Source: an uncultured Methanoregulaceae archaeon
GTDB taxonomy: Archaea > Halobacteriota > Methanomicrobia > Methanomicrobiales > Methanospirillaceae
Assembly: GCA_963705255.1 (NCBI GenBank)
Contig: OY970061.1
Coordinates: forward strand, 2,176,001 to 2,240,000
Length of the DNA stretch: 64,000 nucleotides
Reading direction: 5' to 3'
Translations under genes and position numbers: made by a program
Shown: piece after piece, positions 9,683 to 18,550 of the stretch
Numbering within the stretch: the stretch's first letter is position 1
Layout: every line of letters begins with the position of its first letter
The notes under the pieces: generated by a model
The model's input: only the letters and a program-made list of their open reading frames with translations
Told to the model about the DNA's origin: nothing
The model's database searches: none

Positions 9683-11208
9683 TGGTATCCCCCCGACTGC
9701 TCGATCGCCCGGACCATTGCGGCTGCCTTGTTCTCTGTCTCGTTCCATTCGTTCGCCGGTACAGAATCTGCGACGATTCCGGCGCCCACCTGGATGTAGG
9801 CACGTTCATCCCGGATCCGGATAGTCCGGATGGCAATTGCAAAATCGAGGTTCCGGTCAAACCCGATATAACCGACTGCGCCGGCATACAGGCCGCGGGC
9901 TTCTTCTTCCTGTTCATCAATAATCTGCATGGCCCGGATCTTCGGCGCTCCTGATACCGTGCCAGCGGGGAAACAGGACCTGAAGGCATCATAGCAGTCA
10001 AGGTTGTCTCTCAGCACACCGTTCACGGTCGAGACGATGTGCTGGACATGAGAGAACTTTTCAATATTCATGAACTCACTGACCTCAACGGTCCCGAACC
10101 TGCACACCCTCCCCAGATCGTTGCGCGCGAGGTCGACCAGCATCGTGTGTTCGGCCCGCTCTTTTTTGTCCTGCAGAAGATCATTGGCGAGCCGTTCATC
10201 TTCGTCCCTGTCACGCCCGCGGGGACGGGTACCTGCAATAGGAACCGTCGTGACCCGGCGTTTCTCTACACGCACGAGCATCTCAGGGCTCGCCCCGACT
10301 ATTTTCTCGTCACCGAAGTCAAGGTAATACATGTACGGGCTCGGGTTTATCCTTCTGAGTGCAGCGTAAATCGTGAACGGGTCATGGCTTACCGGTACTT
10401 CCATGCGCCGGGAGATAACCGCCTGGAAGATATCACCTGACGCGATGTATTCCCTGACCCGCTCTACAGAACACTCAAAGGCATCCTGCGTGACCGGCGA
10501 GCTGAAATTCAGCGCAGCCGGATCTCCGTTGGCGTGACCGGGGTCCCGGATATTTCCTGCCGCAAGTCTGCCAATGATGCCTCCAAGGGCGTGGATCTTG
10601 GCTTCGCTCCTGCGATATTCCTCAGCAATGTCGGAATCGTAGGTAAGGAACGGGCTGGAAAAGATGAATAATTTTTTATCCAGGTGATCGATAACAAGGC
10701 AGTCCTTTGCGAGCATGAAGCAGGCATCGTTCTCCATGCCGGTCTTCTCAGGGCCCTTTCTGACCCTTTTTGGGACTTTCTCAAACAGGGAATACACACA
10801 GTCGTAGGCAAAATAACCGACCATACCGCCGAAAAACCTGGGGGCCTTGACGTTCATGTAGTGGAATCGCGATAAGATCGATCTGATCCTGTCCACGGGA
10901 TTATTCCCTTCCGGATCGCGTGCAATGGACACAAAGGGCTCATTCCCCCGGACCTCTATGGTCTCTCCGATGGAAACAACGCATTCCGGATCGATCCCGA
11001 TAAATGAGTACCGCGCGAGTTTCTCACTTCCCTCCATGGATTCGAGCAGGAACCCGCATCCCGTCCGGGTACCGGTATAAATCTCAAGAGGCGAGATATC
11101 CGGGAGCGGCAGCTCGGCACAGAGGGGGATGACCAGTGGCCTAGGCTGGTTGCTTACTGCAATGACAAATTCCTCAAGCCCGAGATTAAGATTCAGTTCT
11201 TGGTTCAT
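9679..11208 (-). CDS. trpE: Anthranilate synthase component I
   Basis: LLES, NPSPY, PIAGT, EHTMLVDLARND and GAPKIRAM motifs. Start inferred at MNQEL. Confidence 0.95.
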   Translation of the reverse strand: MNQELNLNLGLEEFVIAVSNQPRPLVIPLCAELPLPDISPLEIYTGTRTGCGFLLESMEGSEKLARYSFIGIDPECVVSIGETIEVRGNEPFVSIARDPEGNNPVDRIRSILSRFHYMNVKAPRFFGGMVGYFAYDCVYSLFEKVPKRVRKGPEKTGMENDACFMLAKDCLVIDHLDKKLFIFSSPFLTYDSDIAEEYRRSEAKIHALGGIIGRLAAGNIRDPGHANGDPAALNFSSPVTQDAFECSVERVREYIASGDIFQAVISRRMEVPVSHDPFTIYAALRRINPSPYMYYLDFGDEKIVGASPEMLVRVEKRRVTTVPIAGTRPRGRDRDEDERLANDLLQDKKERAEHTMLVDLARNDLGRVCRFGTVEVSEFMNIEKFSHVQHIVSTVNGVLRDNLDCYDAFRSCFPAGTVSGAPKIRAMQIIDEQEEEARGLYAGAVGYIGFDRNLDFAIAIRTIRIRDERAYIQVGAGIVADSVPANEWNETENKAAAMVRAIEQSGGYQ

Positions 11209-11332
11209 AGATTCAGGTTCCTGGTATAACTGCACATCATCTGATGTGGCATTTTCCCTCTTTTCAGACTGAACGGACCAGTTCCTACGTTGAATTTCAT
11301 GATGGATTCGGCGGCCCTTGGATGATATCCTG

Positions 11333-11418
11333 TTTACAAATTTACTTTGTACATATTTATACATTATTGTAATTTTTTGGATATTATTGCATTTTAATTT
11401 GCAATATTGTACAATATT
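11333..11418. promoter_or_regulatory. TRP-box-like (TGTACA) operator array upstream of trpE
   Basis: TGTACA(11348)-N4-TATACA(11358)-N4-TGTAAT(11368). A second TGTACA (11408) lies inside the perfect palindrome AATATTGTACAATATT (11403-11418). Confidence 0.65.
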
Positions 11419-11568
11419 TATATGGAAAACTGCAGGGAGTCCTTCTTTACAGAAGAAGGAATAGTTCAGGTTGCAGCAATTTCGGGGTTTTTTCGAAAGA
11501 AACAAGAATAGCTCAAGCATACTACAGAACTGTCAATATCAGCCGGTCTGGCGTGGGGGGGGGTGTCA

Positions 11569-13314
11569 ATGGACATACGTAAAAAGACCGTAGTAATTGT
11601 CTGCATCACTCTTCTTTGCCTGATCCTTGCCCTCTATATCTCGTCAGAAGTTATCGTGCTGGGCGGTTTTTCGAGGGTTGAGACGCAAAATGCCCAAAAA
11701 GAGACCAACCGCGTACTTGTCGCACTTGGCAATGACATAAACGCGCTTGATGCGGTGACATATGACTGGGCTTCGAGAGGGGATACAATCGCGTTTGTGA
11801 CGGCCAACATTTCGGGGACTGAATGGTCACGGCTCGACACTGATACATTCGAACGGCTCGGGTTCAATGAGATCCTGCTGTATAATGCCAGCGGCAGTCT
11901 CGTATCGGGACAGGGGTACGATCTCAACCGCCATACCTTGGTTCCCGTCCCGCCAGACTTACATTCACCGCCATCAGTGTATCCCCACCTGAAGTTCCAG
12001 AACGGGTCAAGTACCGGCATCATGGGGATTGCAGATTCTCCCGATGGCCCGATGATGATTGCGATCCGCCCGGTCTTTGCCGGCCGCGAAAACCAGCACG
12101 TGGCCGGATACGTCCTCATGGGTCGCTATATTGATACTACGGAGATCTCCCGTCTCTCCTCGCTGGCCCAGCTGCCGCTTGAAATGCACGGGTATAGTGA
12201 TAGAGATCTCCCTCAGGATTTCATCACCATACTACCGATGTTTCCGGCATCCTCTATACCGTTCATCCAGCGGGTGGGAAAAGATGCCCTTACTATAGAT
12301 GCGCCGATCATCGTTGAACCTATAAACAGCACTCAGCTCGGCGGATATTCACTCATACGCGATATATCAGGTAAACCGGTACTTATCATCAAAGTCGGTA
12401 TCGACCGGGGGATCTATGATCAGGGAAAATCTACCACGTTGTATTTTGTGGTCCTGCTCATCATTGCGGGCCTTGTCTTTGGTCTTACCACGCTCCTTCT
12501 GCTGGAAAAAACCGTGTTGTCGAGGCTCGAGCGACTGAGCCAGGGAGTGAACGAAATTGGCAGAAAACGCGATTTCTCCGCCCGGGTGCACATAGCCGGT
12601 GAGGACGAGATCGGGGGGCTCGCGGGCCGGGTCAACGGGATGCTCGAAGATCTCGAACAGTCCCAGAACGTACTGCACGATAAGCTTATCCAGAGCGAGG
12701 AAAATTATCGTCTTTTTTTTAATAGTGTCACCGACCCGATCTGTGTGTGCCGCATGAACCCAGACAACAGCCTTGGCAGGATTGTCGAAGTGAACGATGC
12801 CGCATGTGAAGTGCTGGGATACCAGCGTGCCGAGTTTCTGGAAATGCATCTTTCCGATCTGCTCCCTGGCGAAAAATCCGGTGGTGTAGATCTCCCGACC
12901 AAGATCCTGCAGTCGTTCGGGCATGTCATCTACGCAGGAGCTGTATCCACAAAAACCGGAAAACGTATACCCGTTGAGGTCAATGCCCGGACATTTGACC
13001 AGTTCGGGCACCCTGCCATAGCGGTTATTGTCCGTGACATCAGCGAACGGGAAGAGATAGAGCATCTGAAGAAAGAAGCATTCCAGCAGATCGAGAAGAA
13101 CCTGCAGGATTTTGCCGTCCTGAACGACCATATCCGCAACCCTCTCCAGGGCATCGTTGGCATCGCGGACATGATGGATGGTGCACCTGCACAAAAGATC
13201 ATCACCTATGCCACGATGATCGATGAGATCGTAAACAGGATTGATCGCGGATATATTGAATCAGAAAAGATTCATGAATTTCTCAGAAAATACTACGGGA
13301 TCGGGAAAAAATAA
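11569..13314 (+). CDS. Membrane sensor: CHASE4-HAMP-PAS plus short H-box-like tail, no HATPase
   Basis: Two TM helices around a YDWA-containing extracellular domain, HAMP (DEIGGLAGRVNGML), PAS (VNDAACEVLGY), C-terminal NDHIRNPLQ. Confidence 0.8.
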   Translation: MDIRKKTVVIVCITLLCLILALYISSEVIVLGGFSRVETQNAQKETNRVLVALGNDINALDAVTYDWASRGDTIAFVTANISGTEWSRLDTDTFERLGFNEILLYNASGSLVSGQGYDLNRHTLVPVPPDLHSPPSVYPHLKFQNGSSTGIMGIADSPDGPMMIAIRPVFAGRENQHVAGYVLMGRYIDTTEISRLSSLAQLPLEMHGYSDRDLPQDFITILPMFPASSIPFIQRVGKDALTIDAPIIVEPINSTQLGGYSLIRDISGKPVLIIKVGIDRGIYDQGKSTTLYFVVLLIIAGLVFGLTTLLLLEKTVLSRLERLSQGVNEIGRKRDFSARVHIAGEDEIGGLAGRVNGMLEDLEQSQNVLHDKLIQSEENYRLFFNSVTDPICVCRMNPDNSLGRIVEVNDAACEVLGYQRAEFLEMHLSDLLPGEKSGGVDLPTKILQSFGHVIYAGAVSTKTGKRIPVEVNARTFDQFGHPAIAVIVRDISEREEIEHLKKEAFQQIEKNLQDFAVLNDHIRNPLQGIVGIADMMDGAPAQKIITYATMIDEIVNRIDRGYIESEKIHEFLRKYYGIGKK

Positions 13315-13333
13315 TGCCTTCCCAATGCGATGG

Positions 13334-13705
13334 CTACTCCGTGCGAATGCCCCTTCCTTTCAATTCATCAGCCTTTTTCTGCGAGCACTTCTCGCACCGG
13401 AACTCCGGCTCAGGATCATGCGTCCTGTCGTAATCTCCCGATCTGACCAGCCGGTACCCCCGGGCAACCTTTCCGCAGTCAACACAGGTAATATTGTCCC
13501 TGACTTCCCAGTGTGTCAGCAGTGACTGCGATGTGAAGATGAACTGGTCCACCCAGAAAAAGATGAGGTCGCCGATCAGGTTTGCTACGATTGCGGCGAC
13601 GAGCTGCCCCATGGATGCAAGAAGGATCCCAACCCCTGCCAGGATGGGAGTGCTTGCCTGCCACCTGAGCAGGTAGAGCCCATAGCGTTTATAATTGACC
13701 TGCAT
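13334..13705 (-). CDS. Small membrane protein with C-terminal CxxC...CxxC zinc ribbon
   Basis: Two hydrophobic segments followed by CVDC...CEKC. Confidence 0.7.
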   Translation of the reverse strand: MQVNYKRYGLYLLRWQASTPILAGVGILLASMGQLVAAIVANLIGDLIFFWVDQFIFTSQSLLTHWEVRDNITCVDCGKVARGYRLVRSGDYDRTHDPEPEFRCEKCSQKKADELKGRGIRTE

Positions 13706-13832
13706 ACCAGTTGATCATGCAATCATCATAATACATGTTGTGCTGAAGTGCCCCGGTTCATGCCAAAAGACCGATGCTCAATACTATTATAGACGTCCTG
13801 ATAAAACCTATACTGCATTTCCGGGAGACCGT

Positions 13833-14435
13833 ATGTGGCGATATCGTAAACAACCGCTTGGCTGGGTGTTCGTGTCACGGATGATGGGGATCATCAGTTT
13901 TTTAATTGCGGTAGTCCTTGCAAACATCCTTACATACTATGTGTCGAACAAGGTGTTCCTTTCCGGTGTTCTGTTTCTCAATGAGAACTTCTGGCTCCTC
14001 ATCCTCATCGGCATCATCTTTTTTGTCAGCGATATATTCGGGGCATTTCCCTTTCCTCTCAATCTGCCGTTTCCGATTATCAGGGCTATCGGGAGTGTCT
14101 TCTGTATCGCCTTTTTCCTGAAATTGTTCCAGTGGGTTGACGCGGTTGCGTCAACAACGCTTTACCCGATGTTCTGGTATATCTCATTCATCATTATCCC
14201 GCTGGTGTTTCTCATCGTACTGGCAGGTGGCTATTATGAGATCATGCGGCAGCTCTGGTTGCAGTCTGGGACCGGTAGAAGCACCGATGCTCAGGTTGTG
14301 CATGAAAACCGTGAAGTCGCTCCTCCAGACCAGCCGGTATCAGATGCGAAGTCATGGGAAGATATCGGGGTGGAGTTTCGCATGATGCTCTACGATCTCC
14401 TCCACCGGTTCCGCCAGGAAATAAAGAGAAAATAA
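13833..14435 (+). CDS. Hypothetical 4-TM membrane protein
   Basis: Four hydrophobic segments and a soluble tail (KSWEDIGVEFR). Confidence 0.7.
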   Translation: MWRYRKQPLGWVFVSRMMGIISFLIAVVLANILTYYVSNKVFLSGVLFLNENFWLLILIGIIFFVSDIFGAFPFPLNLPFPIIRAIGSVFCIAFFLKLFQWVDAVASTTLYPMFWYISFIIIPLVFLIVLAGGYYEIMRQLWLQSGTGRSTDAQVVHENREVAPPDQPVSDAKSWEDIGVEFRMMLYDLLHRFRQEIKRK

Positions 14436-14436
14436 T

Positions 14437-14785
14437 GGCTCTGGAGAAATCCTATTTTATCGTGTGATTCGCTTATATTCTTAAACGGTTACGAAGGTGA
14501 CCCCCCCTCTCTCGAGTCGAAGAACTCTGACGAGTTCGATCGAAGACCTGCGGTCTTCTCCTGTCTCAAGTCTGATGACTTTCGACATTCTCCAGCCTGC
14601 TTTTCCCTTCGGGAAGAGCAGTCTCCCCGGAGGGGGAGGCAACGCAAGGAGAGCACCCCCTTGAATCTCTGAGAGGTCTTCAGACCTCGAAGAAGAGAAG
14701 ATTTACGAAGTAAATCTTCGACTCCCTATTTCTCGGCAGGATTTTCACTAACCTTATGAGGGACTATGTCTATATGGGGGTCGCC
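14437..14785. mobile_element. MITE copy A (right end missing)
   Basis: Starts GGCTCTGGAGAAATC, the exact reverse complement of the copy C right end. Body aligns by eye with 23861-24221 and 33102-33628. Confidence 0.8.
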
Positions 14786-14806
14786 CAAGTAGCGGGGACA
14801 GCCAAT

Positions 14807-14912
14807 GGCTGTGGAGAAAATTTTCATGGGAAAATCTTGGACTTCGGAGAGTCGAAGAACCCGTTGGTTCTTCTCCAGCCTGTTCTGACCTTCGGGAAGA
14901 GCAGTCTCCGGG
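14807..14912. mobile_element. Second, internally deleted MITE fragment (A')
   Basis: TIR-like GGCTGTGGAGAAAA followed by GTCGAAGAACC-CGTT-GGTTCTTCTCCAGCCTG...TTCGGGAAGAGCAGTCTCC, shared with the other copies. Confidence 0.65.
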
Positions 14913-14915
14913 AAA

Positions 14916-15149
14916 TTACCAGTCGGGGTTTTCTTCACGGAACTTTCTCTCTCTCGTTTCAAGCTCTTCAGCACTCAGGGAGGCAGGCATGCAGATGCAC
15001 CGGTGTTCAATAAACACCCCTGCCTTGAAAACGCCCTGTTGTTCACCGGCCTGGCATGCTCCATAGGTTTCAGCATCCCAGTTGTGGTAGACCTGCGGAA
15101 GACCTTCGCTGGCAGCACATTCCCTTGCCTCTTTCCATGACCCTGCCAT
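14916..15149 (-). CDS. Small hypothetical protein
   Basis: MAGSWKEARECA...HRCICMP...FREENPDW, protein-like composition. Start uncertain. Confidence 0.6.
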   Translation of the reverse strand: MAGSWKEARECAASEGLPQVYHNWDAETYGACQAGEQQGVFKAGVFIEHRCICMPASLSAEELETRERKFREENPDW

Positions 15150-15248
15150 GTCTGCATATTTGCAGAGCGCCACCATGATGTTTTCGATGAGGGTACCTGG
15201 ATATATGAAAACCACAGGCAAATCTCTAAAAAAAGAAAAATGATGAAA

Positions 15249-15416
15249 TTAGAACCGGGGTTTCCGGTGCTTGGGCAGGCAGTCCCTGCAGTAGACCGGC
15301 CGTCCTTCAGTTGGCTTGAAGGGGACTTCGCACTCTTTGCCACAGTCTGAACAGACTGTCTTTGTCATTTCTCTGGGACCGAAATTTCTCGGGCCACCAA
15401 AACTCTTTCTTTCCAT
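15249..15416 (-). CDS. CxxC-x17-CxxC zinc-binding protein
   Basis: REMTKTVCSDCGKECEVPFKPTEGRPVYCRDC. Confidence 0.9.
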   Translation of the reverse strand: MERKSFGGPRNFGPREMTKTVCSDCGKECEVPFKPTEGRPVYCRDCLPKHRKPRF

Positions 15417-15522
15417 TGTATTACTCATGCAGTTGTGATCTGCGTATATACATCTGACCATTCAGTATAAATACATCTGCATTATCTCATCTTTTTTTAT
15501 TCAAACAGTTATATAACGTCTT

Positions 15523-16647
15523 TTACGGTATGATCTCGCATCCGTTGAATTTCTCATGCTCGAAATCCTTCAGGGTGATAATATCCCTGCTGATGAGTGC
15601 TTGAACCCGCGGGAGTTCTGCCTGGAGCGAATCGTGAAGGTTATCGACGGCAGCACAGACCAACCGCCTCTCAGCCTCCCCCCATGGCCGGGTGATATTG
15701 GAGTACAGGCACCTGCCGCCGCAGAAGTCGCGGATTCTGCAGTCCGTGCACTCCCCGCTGACGAGAATGCGGGCAAGCTCCAGCGGATGCGAACAGGAGA
15801 TATGCCCGACATAATACTGGGACATCCCGATCATGACCGGGCATGGGCCGATGCTTCCATCGGTCATGATACTGTAGTTGGCATACCCGGACCCGCACCT
15901 GAGCAGGCTGGTCTTTCCAAGAAGCAGGTCTTCCAGGGGATCCAGGAACGGGTACCAACGCAGAACTTCACCTGAGTTCTCCATATGATCTACCCAGGAA
16001 CAGACCAGCGTACGTATCCCGGGATTATAGCTCCCGTCCGCCCACTCTTGAAACTGGCGCAGGGAAAAATCCCCGGCAAAATTGGCATCGATCTGCCAGT
16101 GGATGGAAGAGAACGAATAATCGGGGTTGGATGCAAGATACCGGACCGCATCCACGATATCGGTCGTTTCCGTGACGGTCATCCGGGCAATCAGTTCACC
16201 TGCATAGCCGTTCGCACGGATCTTCCGGATATTCCTCATGACCCGGTCATACACGCCCATTCCTCGGTTCGCATCGGTGAGCTCTTTTCTCCCGTCAAGG
16301 GAGACGAGAATTGTGGTGAACCTGTTCAGTATTTCCGCTGGGAGCCGGTCCAGCAGAAGACCGTTGGTCTGCACCATGAACCGCTGCACGGGGGACTCCC
16401 GCACAATCCGTTCGATAAGGTCAGCCCGTAACAGGGGTTCACCCCCATAGAACGTAAGCGTCGCCGCAGGATCTTTTTTTAAGAATTCATAAAGATGATT
16501 CAGGTCGAACTCCAGTTCCAGGGGAAGACCCTCGTCGATGGTCAGGTCACGCCCGCCCCCGCTCTCCTCCAGATCCTCAAAGGCCTTGGCCCGGCAGTAC
16601 CTGCAGCAGAGGTTGCAGTGATCCGTGAGGATGAGATGGAAGTACAT
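15523..16647 (-). CDS. Radical SAM/SPASM protein (resembles TIGR04084/AF0577 family)
   Basis: CNLCCRYC, FYGGEPLL, SLDG and SPASM cysteines (CGSG, PCP, CTDC..CGGRC..C). Confidence 0.85.
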   Translation of the reverse strand: MYFHLILTDHCNLCCRYCRAKAFEDLEESGGGRDLTIDEGLPLELEFDLNHLYEFLKKDPAATLTFYGGEPLLRADLIERIVRESPVQRFMVQTNGLLLDRLPAEILNRFTTILVSLDGRKELTDANRGMGVYDRVMRNIRKIRANGYAGELIARMTVTETTDIVDAVRYLASNPDYSFSSIHWQIDANFAGDFSLRQFQEWADGSYNPGIRTLVCSWVDHMENSGEVLRWYPFLDPLEDLLLGKTSLLRCGSGYANYSIMTDGSIGPCPVMIGMSQYYVGHISCSHPLELARILVSGECTDCRIRDFCGGRCLYSNITRPWGEAERRLVCAAVDNLHDSLQAELPRVQALISRDIITLKDFEHEKFNGCEIIP

Positions 16648-16740
16648 GAAAATGCGTGTACTACTGGCGCCTGCCAGACGATAAATGGGGCACTTGCAGG
16701 GGGATGAATCGTGCTCCTCTCATTAATAAGTATGGCCCTC

Positions 16741-17072
16741 ATGATTTATGAGGATCCCCGGATGGCGCCATCTGATCCATCACCGCCATTTATCGGGAAT
16801 GCAGCCGACGCTATCCGCATTCCGGCACGCTGCCGCTTATATGCCCGAACTGGACAATATCGGGTAAGCACAATATGCCCCCCGGCCACATTGCTGATGC
16901 AGACAACTGGCTGGAACCTGACAAGGAGTTTGATATCCTTGCCTGCCCGTCACGGGGCGTCGGGCTGTACGAGAGGTTCGCGCTCATCATCAGCCCGGAG
17001 GGTACGGTGATGCCGGTCACCATCAGTCATACCGTTCCGGACAGGATACGGCCGGTCACGAATCTCGGCTGA
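16741..17072 (+). other. Possible frameshifted small hypothetical gene
   Basis: Overlapping ORFs 16711-17010 and 16875-17072. Only the latter half looks protein-like. Confidence 0.3.
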
Positions 17073-17363
17073 GTGCCGCACCCTTCCGGCCACCGTCGCT
17101 AAAACCCCTGCGTGGGCTGCGCTTTCGCTTCCGGCGCGCAATAGTCAGCCGGCAGGCATTCCGTCATTAAAACCCCCGAATTTTGCCAAACCGGGCAATT
17201 ATAATGTGTTTTTAATCGGAGTGAATAGTGAGTCAGAATGTCAAAAATACCCCCAGAATTATGGTAAAATTGCAGACTTCGACGGGCTTCCGACGGAAAC
17301 CTTTTATATTATCAGGCGTCAACTCTCATTATCAAAACCCAATAGTGGTTTTGAGGTGTTTAA

Positions 17364-17579
17364 ATGGGAACCAAAATCGGAAAAGAAAAGATCCAGCGTG
17401 AAAAGGGATACCTCTACTTCATCGGCAAGGATGGGTATGTCTGGGCCGCCCCTATGAAGCACAACAAGACCGGCAAGAAGAAGAAAGTCGGTACTGAGAA
17501 GATCGCCAAGGAAAAAGGCTTCATGTACTACATTGGCAAAGACGGATTCGTCGCAAAAGCCAAGATGAAGAACGCATAA
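17364..17579 (+). CDS. Small Lys-rich protein with two internal repeats (EKG[YF][LM]Y[FY]IGKDG[YF]V)
   Basis: 71 aa. GAGGTG SD, TTTTATA box near 17302, and a T-tract plus hairpin downstream. Confidence 0.85.
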   Translation: MGTKIGKEKIQREKGYLYFIGKDGYVWAAPMKHNKTGKKKKVGTEKIAKEKGFMYYIGKDGFVAKAKMKNA

Positions 17580-17585
17580 TCTCAC

Positions 17586-17643
17586 TTTTTCCTTTTGCAC
17601 GCAGTCCGCCTGCCGCCCGGGTTCATCCGGTCGGCGGGACTGC
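17586..17643 (+). terminator. T-tract and GC hairpin after the small basic protein gene
   Basis: TTTTTCCTTTT, then inverted arms GCAGTCC...GGACTGC. Confidence 0.5.
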
Positions 17644-17821
17644 TCAATAGTTTTCCGCTGACGCCAGAGTCTCTCTTGTGGTCAGGTATCGCTTGTGCCT
17701 GCTCCAGGCAGCTACCGGCAGCTGCATTCCGTATCCTGGTGGATTCCCATTCAGAAAGTTTGAACTGATGAAGAGTGAAGAGGATTCTTTCAGAAGCGGG
17801 CGTTAGTCCCGGGAATTTCCG

Positions 17822-18517
17822 ATGTCATCCCTGGTGAATGCAAAATATTCTGAATGGACGCGTGGCCTTGATACCCGCAGGAGTATGATTGCAATTTTCG
17901 AGCATATCCGTGACATCCCGTACTCACTAGAGGTTCCCATGACCAATCCTGGCACAGCACCGGAGCAGATGCTCCGTCTCGGGAAAGGGTACTGCGGGCC
18001 CAAACACTTCCTGCTTGCGGAGATGTACAAAAAAATGGGCCTGAACGTCGTATTCGCCACGATAGCATTCCTCTGGAATGATCCGGATCTCCATTACCCG
18101 CCGAAGCTCAGGGCGCTTGCCACCCGGCTCCCGGTTGCCCACCACCTCTCTTGCCGGGTACAGATCGGGTGGCGCTGGGTGCTGGTGGATGCCACCTGGG
18201 ATCCGCCCCTCAAAAAGGGGGGGTTTCCTGTCAACGAGAACTGGGACGGCTATTCGGAAACGCAGTGTGCTGTAAAACCGCTCAGGTCGGCGGTAAGGAC
18301 GGCGTTCTGCCGCACGGCAACCAGCGAGGCATGCCGGACGAAGAACGAGGCTGAGCTCTGCTCGCTCAATAAAGAAAAAGATCACCGGGAGGCAGAGGAT
18401 CATAGCCGGTATTACCGGGAGATCGTCACGAAGAGGACGCCGGAGGATATCGAGCAGTTCCACCGGTTTTACCTGGAGTTCGAGGAGTGGCTGGTAAAGA
18501 TACGGGAACAGGAATAA
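17822..18517 (+). CDS. Transglutaminase-like superfamily protein
   Basis: Cys-His-Asp triad: GYCGPKH, AHH, WVLVDATWD. Confidence 0.8.
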   Translation: MSSLVNAKYSEWTRGLDTRRSMIAIFEHIRDIPYSLEVPMTNPGTAPEQMLRLGKGYCGPKHFLLAEMYKKMGLNVVFATIAFLWNDPDLHYPPKLRALATRLPVAHHLSCRVQIGWRWVLVDATWDPPLKKGGFPVNENWDGYSETQCAVKPLRSAVRTAFCRTATSEACRTKNEAELCSLNKEKDHREAEDHSRYYREIVTKRTPEDIEQFHRFYLEFEEWLVKIREQE

Positions 18518-18550
18518 AATAGTATCCGCTTGATTCCCGGAGGATTCTTG

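Noticed and set aside
11209-11520. 103-aa N-terminal extension of TrpE in the ORF track
   Set aside because: It runs through AT-rich promoter and operator DNA and has no TrpE-like content.
14516-14900. Repeated GTCGAAGA..TCTTCTC units as a CRISPR array
   Set aside because: Spacing is irregular, orientations are mixed, repeat interiors vary, there are no uniform unique spacers, and no cas genes are in the window.
14929-14943. TTTTCTTCACGGAAC as the right TIR of MITE A/A'
   Set aside because: The match is weak and it lies within the coding end (KFREENPDW) of the gene at 14916-15149.
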